A stretch of DNA of 64,000 nt from Candidatus Hermodarchaeota archaeon (GTDB taxonomy: Archaea > Asgardarchaeota > Hermodarchaeia > Hermodarchaeales > Hermodarchaeaceae): contig JAEOTO010000032.1 of assembly GCA_016839805.1 (NCBI GenBank), forward strand, positions 202,564-266,563. Reading direction: 5' to 3'. The translations under genes and the position numbers were made by a program. The first letter of the stretch is position 1. Each line of letters begins with the position of its first letter. Below, one piece after another: positions 62,039 to 64,000 of the stretch. Under the pieces are notes generated by a model. That model did no database searches, was not told the DNA's origin, and was given only the letters and a program-made list of their open reading frames with translations.

Positions 62039-62172
62039 GCAGGGGTGCCAGAGCTTGGTCAATCCAGTGAACGGCTTATAGATAATTGCTATTCGTTCCA
62101 TGGACCATAAGGGCTGGGTTCAGGCCCCAGTGGCGTAGGCCTGCGCGGGTTCGAATCCCGTCCCCTGCACCA
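62039..62172 (+). tRNA. tRNA-Leu(CAG), class II, with non-canonical intron(s) in the D-arm/anticodon-stem junction region; CCA encoded
   Basis: GCAGGGG-T-GCC-AGAGCTTGGTCAA..GGC-[CTTAT...ATAAG-bracketed ~37 nt]-G-CTGGG-TTCAGGC-CCCAG-TGGCGTAGGCCTGC-GCGGG-TTCGAAT-CCCGT-CCCCTGC-A-CCA. 134 nt versus about 88 expected. Confidence 0.8.
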
Positions 62173-62217
62173 ATCAATTTGTTAAATCTATTTATAATAA
62201 ATCGAGTTAAAAAGAAG

Positions 62218-62354
62218 TGGCGGGCTCGGCGGGACTTGAACCCGCGACCCTCGGGTGTCTTTAGAAGACTGCTAGAAGCTCTTCTCTAAAAGCCCGATGC
62301 TCTGACCTTACCCACGCCGGAAACCCGGTACGTGTCTGGCTAAGCTACGAGCCC
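62218..62354 (-). tRNA. tRNA-Lys(TTT) with two introns (29 nt in D loop, 30 nt at 37/38); CCA encoded
   Basis: GGGCTCG-TA-GCTTAGCCAG[ACACGTACCGGGTTTCCGGCGTGGGTAAG]GTCAGAGC-A-TCGGG-CTTTTA[GAGAAGAGCTTCTAGCAGTCTTCTAAAGAC]A-CCCGA-GGGTC-GCGGG-TTCAAGT-CCCGC-CGAGCCC-G-CCA. Confidence 0.85.
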
Positions 62355-62462
62355 GTATAATCTGTTGATTTTCTCGGTGTTCAGTCACCTGCACTTTGCT
62401 ATAAACCTTTTTGAGTTAATATGTCTTGTAAATGAACTATAATGGTGTGCAGTGGAGTCTGA

Positions 62463-62750
62463 GTGTTAGTGTTGGTAGTTCGAATCACCAATGAGGGGTA
62501 TCGACTGATTGACGATCCAAATTACAAGGAAATTATCCAAGAGCTTAATGAACGGTGGGATCACATCTTTGAAGAAGCGCGATGGGGATCTATTGATAAA
62601 GCTATGGATATGTATTCACAATTATTCGAATGGCTTGATCAATTTGGTAAGAAAGTCTCACGATACCCTTATCGGGCAGACGCAGTGTTACCCCCAAGAA
62701 ACATTGAAGCAGATGAATTAAAGGCGCTTCTGGGTAGCGAACGACGTTGA
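62463..62750 (+). CDS. Hypothetical small protein
   Basis: 95-aa ORF (GTG start per the track). Helical-looking. No family recognised. Confidence 0.4.
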   Translation: MLVLVVRITNEGYRLIDDPNYKEIIQELNERWDHIFEEARWGSIDKAMDMYSQLFEWLDQFGKKVSRYPYRADAVLPPRNIEADELKALLGSERR

Positions 62751-62764
62751 CTTTTTTCTAGATA

Positions 62765-63001
62765 TCAACTTTCTGCAGCAATGAGGGTTACAGTTTTGTC
62801 AACCTCAGGAAGCTGGCGAATTTTTGAGATGATTGTGTGTTTTAGTTGTCGGATATCTTTTACAATGATTTTCGCAACAACATCAAAATTCCAAAGAACT
62901 TGATACGCTTCTTTTACTTCCTCTATACTCATGAGAGGTTCAAGCAGGTCATCCTTTTGCACGCCTTTTTTGGCCACAATTAGTACGTACGCTTTTGGCA
63001 T
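62765..63001 (-). CDS. Stand-alone Lrp/AsnC ligand-binding (RAM) domain protein
   Basis: ATG at 63001 gives a 78-aa protein MPKAYVLIVAKKG...VKEAYQVLWNFDVVAKIIVKDIRQLKHTIISKIRQLPEVDKTVTLIA, a beta-alpha-beta-beta-alpha-beta pattern typical of RAM domains. Confidence 0.6.
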   Translation of the reverse strand: MPKAYVLIVAKKGVQKDDLLEPLMSIEEVKEAYQVLWNFDVVAKIIVKDIRQLKHTIISKIRQLPEVDKTVTLIAAES

Positions 63002-63104
63002 GGTGTTCGCCCCACATAAACCCATTAGTGCTATTATCACCCACCAGTCAAAAGCCTTATCGTACATTAATCCTTCATTAATTAATAAACAGGAAGGATA
63101 TAAA

Positions 63105-64000
63105 ATGCCAGCTACGCGAGCTTTGTTAGCAGAAGAAATGGCTGCTATCGAATTGAATACAGAATTCTTAGGAGTTAGCCGATTACTTCAAATGGAAAAC
63201 GCAGGTCGTGCCGTCGCCCATGAAATCCTTCGGCGTTTTAAACAATTACCAACTGTTGCAATTTTTGCTGGCCTAGGTGGCAATGGAGGAGATGGATTCG
63301 TTACAGCTCGACATCTTGCTCCCAGTTGTCGAAAAGTTCACTTGATAATATTAGGGAATCCGTCTACCATTGAAAATACTCCCGCTGCAAAAAATTGGGA
63401 AATCATCCGAAAAATGCGCCATTCAATAGAGCTCTATATTGTTCAGGATACCTCAGAACTACCAAAATTAACTACAACAGTGGTTGTTGACGCACTCCTT
63501 GGTACTGGTGTGAAAGGAAAACCACGGCCTCCTCTCATTAAAACCTTGCAAATAATGAATCAAATGGAAGGATTCAAGATTGCCATTGATGTGCCAACGG
63601 GAATCCATCCTAATACCGGTGAACCTACCACAAAAGATGCATTTCAACCCGATTTAACCATAACTTTTCATCGTGCAAAGGTCGGATTAGTGAAAAACAA
63701 GAAAAATGTGGGAAAACTAGTAGTTGCTGATATTGGTATTCCACCAGAAGCTGAAATATATGTGGGACCTGGCGACGTTATTCGAGCCACAAAACCTCGT
63801 CCCTTTTTTACGAAAAAAGGTGATTTTGGCCGCTTGCTTGTAATTGGGGGTAGTCCGAAGTTTATTGGCGCCCCTATTCTTGCCTCAATTGGTGCGCTTC
63901 GAAGCGGCGTGGATCTCGTATACTTAGCTGCCCCATCACATGTAATTGCAGCTGCCACCTGTCAATCCCCTGATATTATTCCTATTAATTTGGAAACAGA
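63105..64000 (+). CDS. nnr: Bifunctional NAD(P)H-hydrate repair enzyme Nnr (YjeF_N epimerase + YjeF_C dehydratase), 3' end beyond the window
   Basis: Hand translation from ATG 63105: MPATRALLAEEMAAIE...MENAGRAV...FAGLGGNGGDGFV...VVDALLGTG...KGDFGRLLVIGGSPKFIGAPILA. No stop before 64000. Absent from the ORF track because it is open-ended. Confidence 0.85.
   Translation, partial: MPATRALLAEEMAAIELNTEFLGVSRLLQMENAGRAVAHEILRRFKQLPTVAIFAGLGGNGGDGFVTARHLAPSCRKVHLIILGNPSTIENTPAAKNWEIIRKMRHSIELYIVQDTSELPKLTTTVVVDALLGTGVKGKPRPPLIKTLQIMNQMEGFKIAIDVPTGIHPNTGEPTTKDAFQPDLTITFHRAKVGLVKNKKNVGKLVVADIGIPPEAEIYVGPGDVIRATKPRPFFTKKGDFGRLLVIGGSPKFIGAPILASIGALRSGVDLVYLAAPSHVIAAATCQSPDIIPINLET

Noticed and set aside
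62086-62289. 67-aa ORF spanning tRNA-Leu and tRNA-Lys
   Set aside because: It is read through two tRNA genes, so it is an artefact.
63668-63958. 96-aa minus-strand ORF
   Set aside because: It is antisense to the well-supported nnr coding region.
1-64000. Scan for CRISPR arrays, rRNA genes and tandem direct repeats
   Set aside because: Reading by eye, I found no regularly spaced direct repeats or rRNA-like conserved segments. The only repeated noncoding motifs are the ORB boxes, the inverted repeat near tnpB and the internal duplication at 12493/12595.

Overview
Archaeal chromosomal window, AT-rich (about 40% GC by eye, not computed). It opens on a replication origin: three near-identical 21-nt ORB elements (GTTCCAGTGGAAAC[A/G]AAGGGG) and AT-rich spacers lie beside orc1/cdc6 and the PolD small subunit. 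Most of the rest is housekeeping. It includes a MoxR-VWA pair, ValRS, aRF1, UMP kinase and a C1/folate group (gcvT, folP, cofE-like, glyA). There is an A/V-type ATPase fragment (HTH gene-atpF-atpA-[PhoU-like]-atpB) whose atpA carries a 541-aa LAGLIDADG intein in the P-loop. Also present are Lhr helicase plus a metallophosphoesterase, RPA, Elf1, a glycosylation group, and the PolD large subunit with a second 541-aa LAGLIDADG intein that ends in Gln. A 4-subunit 2-oxoacid:ferredoxin oxidoreductase, Hef and Nnr complete the set. PolD, Orc1, Elf1 and an A-type ATPase together indicate a non-crenarchaeal archaeon (TACK/Asgard-like); the lineage cannot be fixed from this window. Four things stand out. 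(i) There are eight tRNA genes and six are interrupted, several at non-canonical sites; one is a 201-nt tRNA whose exons appear split by four or more intervening segments. (ii) A TnpB-like ORF lacks the usual Zn-ribbon, and its 3' end abuts, antisense, an orphan 5' half of a tRNA-Thr(GGU)-like gene that stops exactly at position 37/38. (iii) Two tandem ~580-aa paralogues belong to an unrecognised multi-wHTH family, and one shows a sharp GC jump over its N-terminal domain. (iv) A ~175-nt GC-rich, internally duplicated RNA-like element sits beside the tRNA cluster. No CRISPR array, rRNA or recognisable defence island was seen. All calls come from reading the sequence and ORF translations; no searches were run.
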